From assembly GCA_904502015.1 (NCBI GenBank), contig CAJGEA010000002.1:1-46020 (forward strand): 46,020 nt of DNA, written 5' to 3'. Below the pieces are notes generated by a model, which was not told where the DNA came from, did no database searches, and saw only the letters and a program-made list of their open reading frames with translations. Made by a program: the position numbers and the translations under genes. This DNA comes from an uncultured Clostridia bacterium (lineage in GTDB: Bacteria; Bacillota; Clostridia; Oscillospirales; CAG-272). Below are positions 9,120-18,743 of this stretch, piece after piece. Numbering within the stretch: position 1 is the stretch's first letter; every line of letters begins with the position of its first letter.

Positions 9120-10220
9120 TCAATCGCCAAGTCCCGCGCGAATGTAGGATTCCAGCGCGTCCACGGGAACGGTGGTCAGACGCGTGTCGCCGATTCCGTA
9201 GGGGATGGCGAGCGTGATGAAGCCCCCCGCCCGCTTCTTGTCGGACAGCGCGGCAGGGAAGAGCTGCTCGGTGGTAAAAGGACAGCTTACAGGTAGGTTG
9301 AAGCGGACGAGTAGATCGCACAGCTCGTCGGCGGTGTCCTCCTCGCAAATGCCGAGTAGCTCGGCCGTGCGGGTGATGATGACCATGCCGATGGCCACGG
9401 CGCTTCCGTGGGAAATGGTGAAATTCGAGAAACTCTCGATGGCGTGACCTACCGTGTGACCCAGATTGAGAAGCTGGCGCGCGCCCTTGTCGGTCTCGTC
9501 TTCCTCTACCAGCACCCGCTTGTCCTCCACGCAAAGGCGGATGATCTCCGCCATGTGGGCGCGAGGCGCGTCACCGCGCAAGAGCTCGTAGAGCGCGCGG
9601 TCACGGATGACGGCATACTTGATGACCTCGGCAAAGCCGTCGGCGAGGATCTCGGGGGGCAGGGTATCCAGACACTCGGGGTCGCAAAGCACCAACGAGG
9701 GTTGGTGGAACGCGCCCACCAGATTCTTGCCTGCGGGTATGTCGATGGCGGTCTTGCCGCCCACCGAGGCATCCACCATAGCGAGCAAGGTGGTAGGGAT
9801 CTGTACGAAGGGAATGCCGCGCTGGTAGATCGCGGCGGCAAAGCCGCCGAGGTCACCCACCACGCCGCCGCCCAGAGCGACGAGACAGTCGGCACGGGTC
9901 AGATGCTCCTCGGCCATGTGCTGGAGAAGGGCCAGCAGATTCTCGGCCGATTTGGAGGCCTCGCCGTGGGGGATGACGTGGCGGAAGGGGGTAAAGCCGG
10001 CTTCGATCAGGGAGCGCTCCACCGTGTCGGTGTAAAGGGCCTCCACCGTATCGTCGGTCAAAAGGACGGCGCGGCAGGGGGAGTGGACGGCGGCGATGGC
10101 TTCGCCCGCGTGGGCACGGATGCCTGCAGAAATGCGAACGTCGTAGCTGTGCGCGGGGCGGGCGGGTACGTTGACACGCACGGCAGATTTGGAGGTTGCG
10201 GGGGTATTGCGGTTGGACAT
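9120..10220 (-). CDS. aroB: 3-dehydroquinate synthase
   Basis: LGGGVVGDLGGFAAAIYQRGIPFVQIPTTLLAMVDASVGGKTAID is the DHQ synthase core. I prefer the ATG at 10220 (MSNRNTP..., AGGGAG RBS). The ORF-track start at 10310 would lie upstream of the predicted promoter. Confidence 0.9.
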   Translation of the reverse strand: MSNRNTPATSKSAVRVNVPARPAHSYDVRISAGIRAHAGEAIAAVHSPCRAVLLTDDTVEALYTDTVERSLIEAGFTPFRHVIPHGEASKSAENLLALLQHMAEEHLTRADCLVALGGGVVGDLGGFAAAIYQRGIPFVQIPTTLLAMVDASVGGKTAIDIPAGKNLVGAFHQPSLVLCDPECLDTLPPEILADGFAEVIKYAVIRDRALYELLRGDAPRAHMAEIIRLCVEDKRVLVEEDETDKGARQLLNLGHTVGHAIESFSNFTISHGSAVAIGMVIITRTAELLGICEEDTADELCDLLVRFNLPVSCPFTTEQLFPAALSDKKRAGGFITLAIPYGIGDTRLTTVPVDALESYIRAGLGD

Positions 10221-10256
10221 GACGGATGCTCCCTTACAATAAAAATATACCATTGA

Positions 10257-10285
10257 ATTATACCACAAAACGGTGGTGATGGCAA
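10257..10285 (-). promoter_or_regulatory. Sigma-A-type promoter of the aro operon
   Basis: The minus strand reads TTGCCA, a 17-nt spacer, then TGgTATAAT (extended -10), about 35 nt upstream of the aroB ATG. Confidence 0.6.
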
Positions 10286-10450
10286 TAGGAAAAAGAAAAA
10301 ACAATGGCATTTTTTTGAATTTTTATTCTCTTGTTTGATAAAAAAACGGTAAAAACTTTCATTTTGCCGCGACAAACCTGATCTTTTTGACGGCTTTTAT
10401 TATAATTTGAAATTTTTTAGAAAAAATCCTGCAAATTTTTTAAAAAGCAC

Positions 10451-10479
10451 TTGCAATTTACAACGACATGGTGTATAAT
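10451..10479 (+). promoter_or_regulatory. Sigma-A-type promoter of gdhA
   Basis: TTGCAA (10451-10456), a 17-nt spacer, then TATAAT (10474-10479), within an AT-rich divergent intergenic region. Confidence 0.6.
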
Positions 10480-10569
10480 ATAGACGTAAGGAACAGAATT
10501 CTGTGTTTTGTCCCTGCCAAGGGCCGATATTGGTCATAATTTTGAATTTTCTTAAAGGAGTGGATTCCA

Positions 10570-11913
10570 ATGTCTTACGTAGATGAAGTAATTGAAAAAG
10601 TCGTTGCCCAGAACCCCGCGCAGCCCGAGTTCCATCAGGCCGTCAAGGAGGTGCTTGACTCCCTGCGCCCCGTCGTTGAGGCGAACGAGGCTCTGTACCG
10701 CAGAGAAGCTCTGCTGGAGCGCATGGTCATTCCCGAGCGCATCATCACCTTCCGCGTTCCGTGGGTGGATGACAACGGTCAGGCTCACGTAAATACCGGT
10801 TACCGCGTACAGTTCAACAGCGCGATCGGCCCCTACAAGGGCGGTCTTCGTCTGCACCCCTCGGTAAACCTCTCCATTATCAAGTTCCTCGGCTTCGAGC
10901 AGACCTTCAAGAACTCGCTGACCGGCCTGCCCATGGGCGGCGGTAAGGGCGGTTCCGACTTCGATCCCCGCGGCCGCTCCGACCGTGAGATCATGAACTT
11001 CTGCCAGAGCTTCATGAACGAGCTGTACCGCCACATCGGTGCTGATACCGACGTTCCCGCCGGTGACATCGGCGTAGGTGCGCGCGAGGTCGGTTACTTC
11101 TTCGGTCAGTACAAGCGCCTCGTCAACCGCTACGAGGGCGTTCTGACGGGTAAGGGTCTGTCCTACGGCGGCTCTCTCATCCGTCCCGAGGCAACCGGCT
11201 TCGGCGCCGTTTACTACACCGTTGAGATGCTCAAGTCTTTCGGCGACGATATCAAGGGCAAGACCTTTGCCGTATCCGGCTTTGGTAACGTAGCTTGGGG
11301 TACTGTCAAGAAGGTCACCGAGCTGGGCGGTAAGGTCGTGACCATTTCCGGTCCCGACGGTTACGTGTACGATCCCGACGGTATCAACACCGAGGAGAAG
11401 ATCAACTTCATGCTCCAGATGCGCGCCTCCGGCCACGATAAGGTTAAGGATTACGCAGATAAGTTCGGCGTTGCCTACTTTGCAGGCAAGCGTCCTTGGG
11501 AGCAGAAGGTCGACGTCATTATGCCCTGCGCAACCCAGAACGAGGTTGGCGCCGAGGATGCCAAGAACATCGTGGCCAATGGCGTTAAGTACTACGTCGA
11601 GGTTTCCAACATGCCCACCACCTTTGAGGCTATGGAGATCCTCAAGGCCGCAGGTCTCGTGATCGCTCCCTCCAAGGCTGTTAACGCAGGCGGCGTAGCC
11701 GTCTCCGGTCTGGAAATGAGCCAGAACTCCATGCGTTACAACTGGACTGCCGAAGAAGTCGATGCAAAGCTGAAGCAGATCATGGCCAATATCTATAAGA
11801 ACTCCTTTGAAGCCGCTAAGAAGTACGGTATGGACGGCGACCTCGTCGCCGGTGCGAATATCGCAGGCTTCGAGAAGGTTGCTTCGGCTATGCTGGCTCA
11901 GGGCTTGGTCTAA
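10570..11913 (+). CDS. gdhA: NADP-specific glutamate dehydrogenase
   Basis: 447 aa. Contains PEFHQAVKEV and the GLPMGGGKGGSDFDP catalytic-Lys motif, plus the GFGNVAWG dinucleotide fold. AAAGGAG RBS. Confidence 0.95.
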   Translation: MSYVDEVIEKVVAQNPAQPEFHQAVKEVLDSLRPVVEANEALYRREALLERMVIPERIITFRVPWVDDNGQAHVNTGYRVQFNSAIGPYKGGLRLHPSVNLSIIKFLGFEQTFKNSLTGLPMGGGKGGSDFDPRGRSDREIMNFCQSFMNELYRHIGADTDVPAGDIGVGAREVGYFFGQYKRLVNRYEGVLTGKGLSYGGSLIRPEATGFGAVYYTVEMLKSFGDDIKGKTFAVSGFGNVAWGTVKKVTELGGKVVTISGPDGYVYDPDGINTEEKINFMLQMRASGHDKVKDYADKFGVAYFAGKRPWEQKVDVIMPCATQNEVGAEDAKNIVANGVKYYVEVSNMPTTFEAMEILKAAGLVIAPSKAVNAGGVAVSGLEMSQNSMRYNWTAEEVDAKLKQIMANIYKNSFEAAKKYGMDGDLVAGANIAGFEKVASAMLAQGLV

Positions 11914-11973
11914 TATTTACATAGATTTAGTTCCGAGATTCTCAGCATTCAGCTATAATGTTTTCGCAACCCC

Positions 11974-12005
11974 GCACCCCTGCCCACGGGCAGGGGTGCT
12001 TTTTT
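11974..12005 (+). terminator. Rho-independent terminator after gdhA
   Basis: GCACCCCTGCCC and GGGCAGGGGTGC form an inverted repeat followed by a T6 run. Confidence 0.85.
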
Positions 12006-12018
12006 GCACAGTCTTTTG

Positions 12019-12047
12019 TTGACAACCGCCCTCCATCGTGGTATAAT
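12019..12047 (+). promoter_or_regulatory. Sigma-A-type promoter of polA
   Basis: TTGACA, a 17-nt spacer, then TGgTATAAT. Confidence 0.65.
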
Positions 12048-12107
12048 AGAGATAATATGGCAATACTGAACCCATGAGGGGCCACCGCCCCCGAAAGGAT
12101 ATATGCA

Positions 12108-14669
12108 ATGAAAACACTCCTGTGCATCGACGGCAACAGCATCCTCAACCGTTCCTTCTACGGCATCCGACTCCTGACCAATAAGGACGGCTTTCCCACC
12201 AACGCGCTCTACGGTCTGGTCAATATTCTGTCCCGTCAAATCGAGGATCTGAAGCCCGATTACGCCGCCATTGCCTACGATCTCCACGTCCCCACCTTCC
12301 GCCATAAGCTCTACGATGAATACAAGGCAGGCCGCCACGCCATGCCCGACGAGCTTCGCGCCCAAATGCCCGTGTCCCGTGAGTTCGCCGAGATGCTGGG
12401 CGTTCATATCCTCTCCATGGAGGGCTACGAGGCAGACGATATCCTCGGAACGCTCGCCGCGATGGCTGAGGCATCCCCTGAGGAGTGCCGCGCGTATATC
12501 CTCACGGGTGACCGCGACTCCCTCCAGCTCATCTCCCCCCGCGTCCACGTTCTTTTGGCAGGGAACACTGCCACGGTGGATACCGACGAAGCCGCGTTTG
12601 TGGAAAAATACGGCGTTCGTCCCGACCAGTTTGTGGATGTCAAGGCGCTCATGGGCGACAGCTCGGATCATATCCCCGGCGTGCCGGGTATCGGCGAGAA
12701 GACCGCCCTCAAGCTCATCTCGGAATTCGGCTCACTGGATGCCGTTTACGCTCAGCTCGACACCGCCAAGCACACCCCCTCGGTCTATAAAAAACTCAGC
12801 GAGGGCAAGGAAAAAGCCTATCTCTCCCAAACCCTCTCCCGTATCTGCCGTGACGTTCCGCTGGGGCTGACGCTCGATGATCTGACCACCCGCCCCATGG
12901 ATCGCAACGCCGCCCGCGAGCTGTTCATCAAGTACGAATTTTCGGGATTTATCAAGCGCTTCGGCCTCTCGGACGAGGCTCCGTCGGCCGAGGATGCGCC
13001 CGCCGCGGCTGCGAGCGAGCAAGCCCCCGCCGTGACTGCAAAGGATATCACCGCCGCCGAGCTGGCCGCCCTCCCCGCGGACCGCTACGCCCTCGCGGTG
13101 GCCGAGGATACCTTGTGCATCTGCCGTGGTGGCGAGATCTGCCGCATTTCCTTAAACGATACAACCCGCGATGCCGTTGATGCGTTCCTGCACGGCAAGG
13201 GGTATACCTTCATGTGCCACGATGCCAAGCAGCTCTACCACGACATGGACGCCCACGGCATCCGATTCCGCTCGGTGGACACAGACGTAATGCTCGCCGC
13301 ATACGCGCTCAATTCAAGCATGGGCGGCTTTGATATGGATCGCCTCTGCGTGACCTTCCTTGGCCGCACACCCGCCGATGCCGACGGCAAGCTCGCCTCG
13401 GTCGCCCCCCTCTGCGACCATCTGCACTCCAAGCTGGAGGAAACCGAACAAACCGCCGTTTTCCGCGAGATCGAGATGCCTCTCGCCGCCGTTCTGTGTG
13501 ACATGGAGGCCTACGGCTTCCAGATCGACCGCGCCTCCATCGAGGGATACGGGCAGGTGCTGGACACCGTGGCCGCCGACCTGGAAAACCGCATTTTCCT
13601 TTACTCGGGAAAGCCTTTTAATATCAATTCCCCCAAGCAGCTCGGTGAGATTCTGTTCGAAACCCTGATGCTCCCCACCGACAAAAAGACCAAAACGGGC
13701 TACTCCACCAGCGCCGAGGTGCTGGAAAAGCTTCGCCGCTACCACCCCATCATCGACGATATTCTGGACTACCGTCAGGTTACCAAGCTGAAATCCACCT
13801 ACGTGGAAGGACTCCTCAAGGTCGCGGACGAGAGCGGCCGCGTGCATACCACATTCAAGCAAACGGGTACGACCACGGGACGACTCTCCTCCGCCGAACC
13901 CAACCTTCAAAACATCCCCATCCGCACCGATCTGGGCCGAGAACTGAGAAAATTTTTCGTCCCCTCCGCCCCTAATCGCGTGCTGATCGATGCCGACTAT
14001 TCTCAGATCGAGCTTCGCCTGCTGGCTGATATCGCAGGGGACGATGCCATGCGCGCCGCCTTCCGCGACGGCGTGGACATCCACACCGACACCGCCTCTC
14101 GTGTATTCAACGTAGCCCCCGACGAGGTTACCATCGAGCTTCGTAAGAAGGCAAAAGCGATCAACTTCGGACTCATGTACGGCATGGGTGAGTTCTCGCT
14201 GGCCGAGGATCTGCACATCTCCCGCGCCGAGGCAAAATCCTATATCGACAGCTACCTGCATAGCTACCCCGATATCGACCGCTACCTCGGTGAGATCGTA
14301 AAAACCGCCTACGCGCAGGGCTATGTGACTACCAAGCACGGCCGTCGCCGCTATATTCCCGAGCTGGCGGAATCCAATAAGATGCGCAAGAAATTCGGCG
14401 AGCGCGTCGCCATGAACAGCCCCATTCAGGGCACGGCGGCAGATATCATCAAGCTCGCCATGATCCGCGTACACCACCGCCTCGCCGAAAGCGGTCTGGA
14501 TGCCCGTATGATCCTGCAGGTACACGACGAGTTGATCCTTGAGGCCTCCCACGACTGCGCCGAGCAGGCCATGCAGCTTCTCGTGGAGGAGATGGCGAAT
14601 GCCGCCACTCTCTCGGTGCCGTTGGATACCGATGCCCATATCGGTGCAAACTGGTTTGAGGCACACTAA
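12108..14669 (+). CDS. polA: DNA polymerase I
   Basis: 853 aa. It has an N-terminal 5'-3' exonuclease domain and family A motifs DYSQIELR, KAINFGLMYGM and QVHDEL. Confidence 0.95.
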   Translation: MKTLLCIDGNSILNRSFYGIRLLTNKDGFPTNALYGLVNILSRQIEDLKPDYAAIAYDLHVPTFRHKLYDEYKAGRHAMPDELRAQMPVSREFAEMLGVHILSMEGYEADDILGTLAAMAEASPEECRAYILTGDRDSLQLISPRVHVLLAGNTATVDTDEAAFVEKYGVRPDQFVDVKALMGDSSDHIPGVPGIGEKTALKLISEFGSLDAVYAQLDTAKHTPSVYKKLSEGKEKAYLSQTLSRICRDVPLGLTLDDLTTRPMDRNAARELFIKYEFSGFIKRFGLSDEAPSAEDAPAAAASEQAPAVTAKDITAAELAALPADRYALAVAEDTLCICRGGEICRISLNDTTRDAVDAFLHGKGYTFMCHDAKQLYHDMDAHGIRFRSVDTDVMLAAYALNSSMGGFDMDRLCVTFLGRTPADADGKLASVAPLCDHLHSKLEETEQTAVFREIEMPLAAVLCDMEAYGFQIDRASIEGYGQVLDTVAADLENRIFLYSGKPFNINSPKQLGEILFETLMLPTDKKTKTGYSTSAEVLEKLRRYHPIIDDILDYRQVTKLKSTYVEGLLKVADESGRVHTTFKQTGTTTGRLSSAEPNLQNIPIRTDLGRELRKFFVPSAPNRVLIDADYSQIELRLLADIAGDDAMRAAFRDGVDIHTDTASRVFNVAPDEVTIELRKKAKAINFGLMYGMGEFSLAEDLHISRAEAKSYIDSYLHSYPDIDRYLGEIVKTAYAQGYVTTKHGRRRYIPELAESNKMRKKFGERVAMNSPIQGTAADIIKLAMIRVHHRLAESGLDARMILQVHDELILEASHDCAEQAMQLLVEEMANAATLSVPLDTDAHIGANWFEAH

Positions 14670-14699
14670 CGATTCAATCTGGAAAAGAGGTATTTTTAT

Positions 14700-16211
14700 A
14701 TGAAGCTTTCGCGTTCCGCAGGCGTTCTCATGCACGTCACCTCCCTCTGGGGCAGTGACTCGGTCGGTTGCTTTGGCAAGGAAGCGCGTGAATTCGTGGA
14801 TTTTCTGTCCGATTGCGGCTTTGGCTGGTGGCAGGTGCTCCCGTTCTGCATGGCCGACGAGTGCAACTCCCCCTACCGCTCCTACTCGGCGTTCGGTGGC
14901 AATCCCTATCTCGTGGATATCCGTCAGCTGGCCGAGGCTGGGTATCTGACCTACGCCGAGATCCAGCTTGCTAAGCAGGATACCCCCTATGCCTGCGAGT
15001 TCGACAAGCTCGAGGTCGGGCGCATGAATCTGCTCCGCATCGCCGCCGCCCGCGCAAGCGAGGCGGATCGCGCCGAGATCGCCGCGTTTATTGACAACAA
15101 TCCTTACCTCGCGCAGTTCTGCGAGTTCATGGCCCGCCGCGCCGCCAATGGCAATAAGCCTTGGTATGAATGGGGAAACGACGAGATGGACGAGGTCGAG
15201 CGCTTTACGTGGCAGTTCATCCAGTTCCATTTCATGCGGCAGTGGGAGGCCGTCCGCGCCTACGCCAACTCCAAGGGCGTGCGCATCATGGGCGATATCC
15301 CGATCTACGTCGCCTACGACTCCTGCGACGTGTGGGCCAACCGTGACCTGTTCGATCTGGACGAGAAGGGCGCCCCCCGTCACGTGGCTGGCTGTCCCCC
15401 CGACTACTTCTCGGAGGACGGTCAGCTCTGGGGCAATCCTCTCTACGATTGGAAGCGCATGAAGGAGGATAACTTCGCCTGGTGGTCGGCGCGCATGAAG
15501 CATATGCTCTCGCTCTTTGATGGCGTGCGTATCGACCATTTCCGCGGACTTGAGGCCTATTGGAGCATCCCCGCCGATGCCGAGACAGCCCGCGAGGGTA
15601 AGTGGGTCAAGGGCCCCGGAAACCCCTTCATCAGGCAACTCCACAACGTGGTGGACGAGGTCGAGACCGCAACGGGCAAGGGCGCGCTCGTGGTCGCCGA
15701 GGATCTCGGCGAGGCCACCGAGTCGTTGGAAAAGTTCGTCAAGGCAAGCGGATTCCCCGGTATGCGCGTCATGCAGTTCGGCTTTGACGGCGACCCGGAA
15801 AATACCCATCTCCCCTATAACTACGTCAAAAACTGCGTAGCCTACACGGGCACGCATGATAATAACACCCTCCTCGGCTTCGTGTGGGACTGCGACAAGG
15901 AGACCCGCCGCAAGGTGCTCCACTACTGCGGCTATACGCAGGATAACTGGGACTGCCGCGAGAGCTACCGTGCCGTGATCCGCACTCTGATGGCATCCTG
16001 CGCCGATCTGGCCATCCTGCCTGTGCAGGATCTCCTCCTCTACGGCTCGGATTGCCGTATGAACGTCCCCGGTCGAGCGAAGGGTAACTGGGAGTTCCGC
16101 ATTACTCGCGAGCAGCTGGACGGCATCGACCGCGGCTATTTCCGATACCTCAACGAGCTTTACGGCCGTATCGAGTACCCGAAGAGCACCGACAACCAAA
16201 CCGTTATTTAA
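14700..16211 (+). CDS. malQ: 4-alpha-glucanotransferase (amylomaltase, GH77)
   Basis: 503 aa. GVLMHVTSLWG, WWQVLPF, RIDHFRG, VVAEDLG and TGTHDN are typical GH77 blocks. Confidence 0.9.
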   Translation: MKLSRSAGVLMHVTSLWGSDSVGCFGKEAREFVDFLSDCGFGWWQVLPFCMADECNSPYRSYSAFGGNPYLVDIRQLAEAGYLTYAEIQLAKQDTPYACEFDKLEVGRMNLLRIAAARASEADRAEIAAFIDNNPYLAQFCEFMARRAANGNKPWYEWGNDEMDEVERFTWQFIQFHFMRQWEAVRAYANSKGVRIMGDIPIYVAYDSCDVWANRDLFDLDEKGAPRHVAGCPPDYFSEDGQLWGNPLYDWKRMKEDNFAWWSARMKHMLSLFDGVRIDHFRGLEAYWSIPADAETAREGKWVKGPGNPFIRQLHNVVDEVETATGKGALVVAEDLGEATESLEKFVKASGFPGMRVMQFGFDGDPENTHLPYNYVKNCVAYTGTHDNNTLLGFVWDCDKETRRKVLHYCGYTQDNWDCRESYRAVIRTLMASCADLAILPVQDLLLYGSDCRMNVPGRAKGNWEFRITREQLDGIDRGYFRYLNELYGRIEYPKSTDNQTVI

Positions 16212-16216
16212 TGAGA

Positions 16217-16250
16217 AACCGCCTTTCATGCTTCGGCATGAAAGGCGGTT
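16217..16250. terminator. Bidirectional intrinsic terminator between convergent malQ and radA
   Basis: A 15-bp perfect stem (AACCGCCTTTCATGC, ttcg loop, GCATGAAAGGCGGTT) flanked by A and T residues on both sides. Confidence 0.85.
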
Positions 16251-16253
16251 TGC

Positions 16254-17642
16254 TTACTCTGCGTTTTTCAGCTCCTTGATCACCTCGTACACGCTTCTCA
16301 CGGGGATGATCTTGATGCCCTCCACCGAAATGGGGCGCTTTTCCACGTTTCGGTAGGGAATGATGGCGCGGGTAAAGCCCAGTCGCGCCGCCTCGCGCAC
16401 CCGAAGCTCGGGGTTTGCGACCGCGCGGCACTCGCCCGCAAGACCCAACTCGCCGATCACGATGAGATCATCGGGCACGATGCGGTCGGTTAACGAGGAG
16501 ATAAGAGCGGCGGCAATGGCGAGGTCGGCGGCAGGCTCGTCAATGGAGAGCCCGCCGATGACGTTCAGATACACGTCGTTTTGGTAGAATTTCAGCCCCA
16601 ACCGCTTTTCCAGTACCGCCAGAATGAGGTACATACGGTTGTAATCAATGCCGTTGCACGTACGTCTCGGCGAGGGGAACACCGTGGGGGTGACGAGCGC
16701 CTGTACCTCGGCGATGAGGGGACGCGTGCCCTCAATGGTGCAGAGCGCGCAGTTGCCTGATACGTTCTTGGGGCGGCCCGACAGAAGCATTTCAGAGGGG
16801 TTGGCGACCTCAAGCAGTCCTCGGTCGGTCATCTCGAATACGCCGATCTCGTTGGTGGATCCGTAGCGGTTCTTGACCGCGCGAATGATGCGGTAGGCCT
16901 GCTGGCGCTCACCCTCAAAATACAATACGGCGTCCACCATGTGCTCCAGCACCTTGGGGCCCGCAATGCCGCCTTCCTTGTTGACGTGCCCCACCAGCAG
17001 CATGGAGATGCCCTCAGACTTTGCCTTGTTGATAAAGGTCAGGGTACATTCACGGATTTGGGTGATACTGCCGGGCGCGGAATTGATCTTGTCGGAATAA
17101 ATGGTCTGGATGGAGTCGAGGATCATGACGTCGGGCTTGATCTCGTTTGCCTCGGACAGAATCTGCTCCAGATTGGTCTCGGTCAGTATGTAGAGCCGCT
17201 CCCCGAGGATGCCGAGCCGCTGTGCGCGGAGCTTGAGCTGACCGCCCGATTCCTCACCCGATACGTACAGCACCTTGCGGCTCTGTCCCAGCGCGTCGGA
17301 TATCTGCATGAGCAGGGTGGATTTGCCGATACCCGGCTCACCCGACAGAAGCACCACCGAGCCCGTCACAAGGCCTCCGCCCAGCACGCGATCCAATTCG
17401 CCAAGCCCTGTTTCGGAGCGGATATACGAGGACACCGTCAAGTCGGCAAAGCGGGTGGCCTTGCCCTCGCCGCCGATGCCATTCATGGAGGTGCGGCGGG
17501 CGGTGCGGGGGGCTTCAACCTCAGGGGTGACCTCCTCCTCAACAAGGGTATTCCAGCGGCCGCAGTGGGGGCATTTGCCCAGCCATTTGGGGGTCTGCGC
17601 GCCGCACTCGGTGCAGACGAAAACGGTTTTCGGTGACTTCAT
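16254..17642 (-). CDS. radA: DNA repair protein RadA
   Basis: 462 aa. It has a zinc ribbon (CTECGAQTPKWLGKCPHCGRWNT), Walker A GEPGIGKSTLL, the KNRYG motif and a Lon-like C-terminus. GGGAGG RBS. Confidence 0.95.
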   Translation of the reverse strand: MKSPKTVFVCTECGAQTPKWLGKCPHCGRWNTLVEEEVTPEVEAPRTARRTSMNGIGGEGKATRFADLTVSSYIRSETGLGELDRVLGGGLVTGSVVLLSGEPGIGKSTLLMQISDALGQSRKVLYVSGEESGGQLKLRAQRLGILGERLYILTETNLEQILSEANEIKPDVMILDSIQTIYSDKINSAPGSITQIRECTLTFINKAKSEGISMLLVGHVNKEGGIAGPKVLEHMVDAVLYFEGERQQAYRIIRAVKNRYGSTNEIGVFEMTDRGLLEVANPSEMLLSGRPKNVSGNCALCTIEGTRPLIAEVQALVTPTVFPSPRRTCNGIDYNRMYLILAVLEKRLGLKFYQNDVYLNVIGGLSIDEPAADLAIAAALISSLTDRIVPDDLIVIGELGLAGECRAVANPELRVREAARLGFTRAIIPYRNVEKRPISVEGIKIIPVRSVYEVIKELKNAE

Positions 17643-17677
17643 GATCGGATGTCCTCCCGTAGATTACTTCTGTGGAT

Positions 17678-17706
17678 ATTATAGCATAATTTTTTTGAAA
17701 AATCAA
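17678..17706 (-). promoter_or_regulatory. Sigma-A-type promoter of radA
   Basis: The minus strand reads TTGATT, a 17-nt spacer, then TGcTATAAT. Confidence 0.6.
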
Positions 17707-17725
17707 GGGAAAGAGAGTGGCTTTG

Positions 17726-17754
17726 TTGACAAAGAATCGAATGTGTTGTATAAT
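17726..17754 (+). promoter_or_regulatory. Sigma-A-type promoter of deoD-deoB
   Basis: TTGACA, a 17-nt spacer, then TATAAT. Confidence 0.65.
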
Positions 17755-17830
17755 TAAGGTACTGATGAAATATTGGCCTGAATATAGCGTCATATCAATA
17801 AAGATACTGTACCAGCAGAAAGGAGCCGTT

Positions 17831-18538
17831 ATGTCCATTCCAACTCCCCATATCAACGCCAAGCTCAGAGATTTTGCCCCTACCGTGCTTATGCCGGGTG
17901 ATCCCCTCCGCGCGAAATTCATAGCCGAAACCTATCTGGAGAATCCCGTCCTCGTCAACAACGTGCGCGGCGTGCAGGGCTATACGGGCACGTATCGCGG
18001 AAAGCGCGTGTCGGTCATGGCGTCGGGCATGGGTCAGCCCTCAATCGGCATATATTCCTACGAGCTGTTCAATTTCTACGGCGTGGAGAGCATCATCCGC
18101 GTAGGCTCGTGCGGCGCGTATCACCCCGATCTGCACCTGCGCGATATCGTGCTTGCTATGGGCGCGTGTACCAACGGATGTTACGCAAATCAATACGGCC
18201 TACCCGGCACGTTTGCCCCCATTGCCGACTTTGACCTTCTCCGCCGCGCCGTGGCTGCCTGCGACCGCGCAGGCGTGTGCTATAAGGTGGGAAACGTCTT
18301 CTCGTCGGATATCTTTTACGACGAGCAGGAGGGAGTGGACGCCGCGTGGCGCAAGATGGGCGTGCTCGGCGTGGAGATGGAGGCGGCGGCCCTGTACTGC
18401 AACGCGGCCCGCGCAGGCAAAAAGGCACTCTGCATCTGCACCGTCAGCGATTCCTTCGTGCACGACGAGAAAGCCACGCCCGAGGAGCGACAGACCTCGT
18501 TTACAACCATGATAGAGATCGCCCTGGAGCTGGCGTGA
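17831..18538 (+). CDS. deoD: Purine nucleoside phosphorylase, DeoD type
   Basis: MSIPTPHINAKLRDFAPTVLMPGDPLRAKFIAE... and SGMGQPSIGIYSYEL match DeoD. The ATG at 17831 has an AAAGGAG RBS. The longer ORF-track start at 17717 precedes the promoter. Confidence 0.92.
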   Translation: MSIPTPHINAKLRDFAPTVLMPGDPLRAKFIAETYLENPVLVNNVRGVQGYTGTYRGKRVSVMASGMGQPSIGIYSYELFNFYGVESIIRVGSCGAYHPDLHLRDIVLAMGACTNGCYANQYGLPGTFAPIADFDLLRRAVAACDRAGVCYKVGNVFSSDIFYDEQEGVDAAWRKMGVLGVEMEAAALYCNAARAGKKALCICTVSDSFVHDEKATPEERQTSFTTMIEIALELA

Positions 18539-18593
18539 TCCTACGCTTCTACACTCTACTGATGCCAAAAAGTGAAAAAGAAATGATTTCACG

Positions 18594-18641
18594 GTAGGGG
18601 CGAACTTTGTTCGCCCGCGGGCGCACACAGTGCGCCCCTAC
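18594..18641. other. Twin GC-rich hairpins with an alternative outer pairing in the deoD-deoB spacer
   Basis: Hairpin 1 is GGGCGAAC-ttt-GTTCGCCC (18598-18616). Hairpin 2 is GGGCGCAC-aca-GTGCGCCC (18619-18637). The outer GTAGGGGCG (18594-18602) can instead pair with CGCCCCTAC (18633-18641). No T-run follows. Confidence 0.55.
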
Positions 18642-18743
18642 GATGGGAAAAGAGTAGATTTTTGTTTAGTACAAATCGTTTGGCAACAGGAAAGAAAGAT
18701 ATTTTGCCATTACGTGACACTACTGTCTAAAGGAGGCATTGCT

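Noticed and set aside
4606..10256. + strand ORFs of 280-360 aa over aroE/K, aroC-aroA and aroB (4606-5679, 7431-8471, 9408-10256)
   Set aside because: They are shadow ORFs typical of high-GC DNA, opposite confidently identified shikimate enzymes. They have R/G/H-rich composition and no RBS.
9120..10310. Longer N-terminal extensions offered by the ORF track (aroB 10310, deoD 17717, deoB 18630, sipW-1 28367, comFC 43379)
   Set aside because: In each case an internal ATG has a GGAG-type RBS and starts the conserved protein sequence. The extension overlaps a predicted promoter, hairpin or AT-rich spacer and encodes implausible sequence.
13314..16229. A 971-aa minus-strand ORF spanning polA and malQ
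   Set aside because: It is a shadow ORF antisense to two unmistakable genes (polA motifs A/B/C and GH77 blocks). It crosses their intergenic region and has no recognisable motifs.
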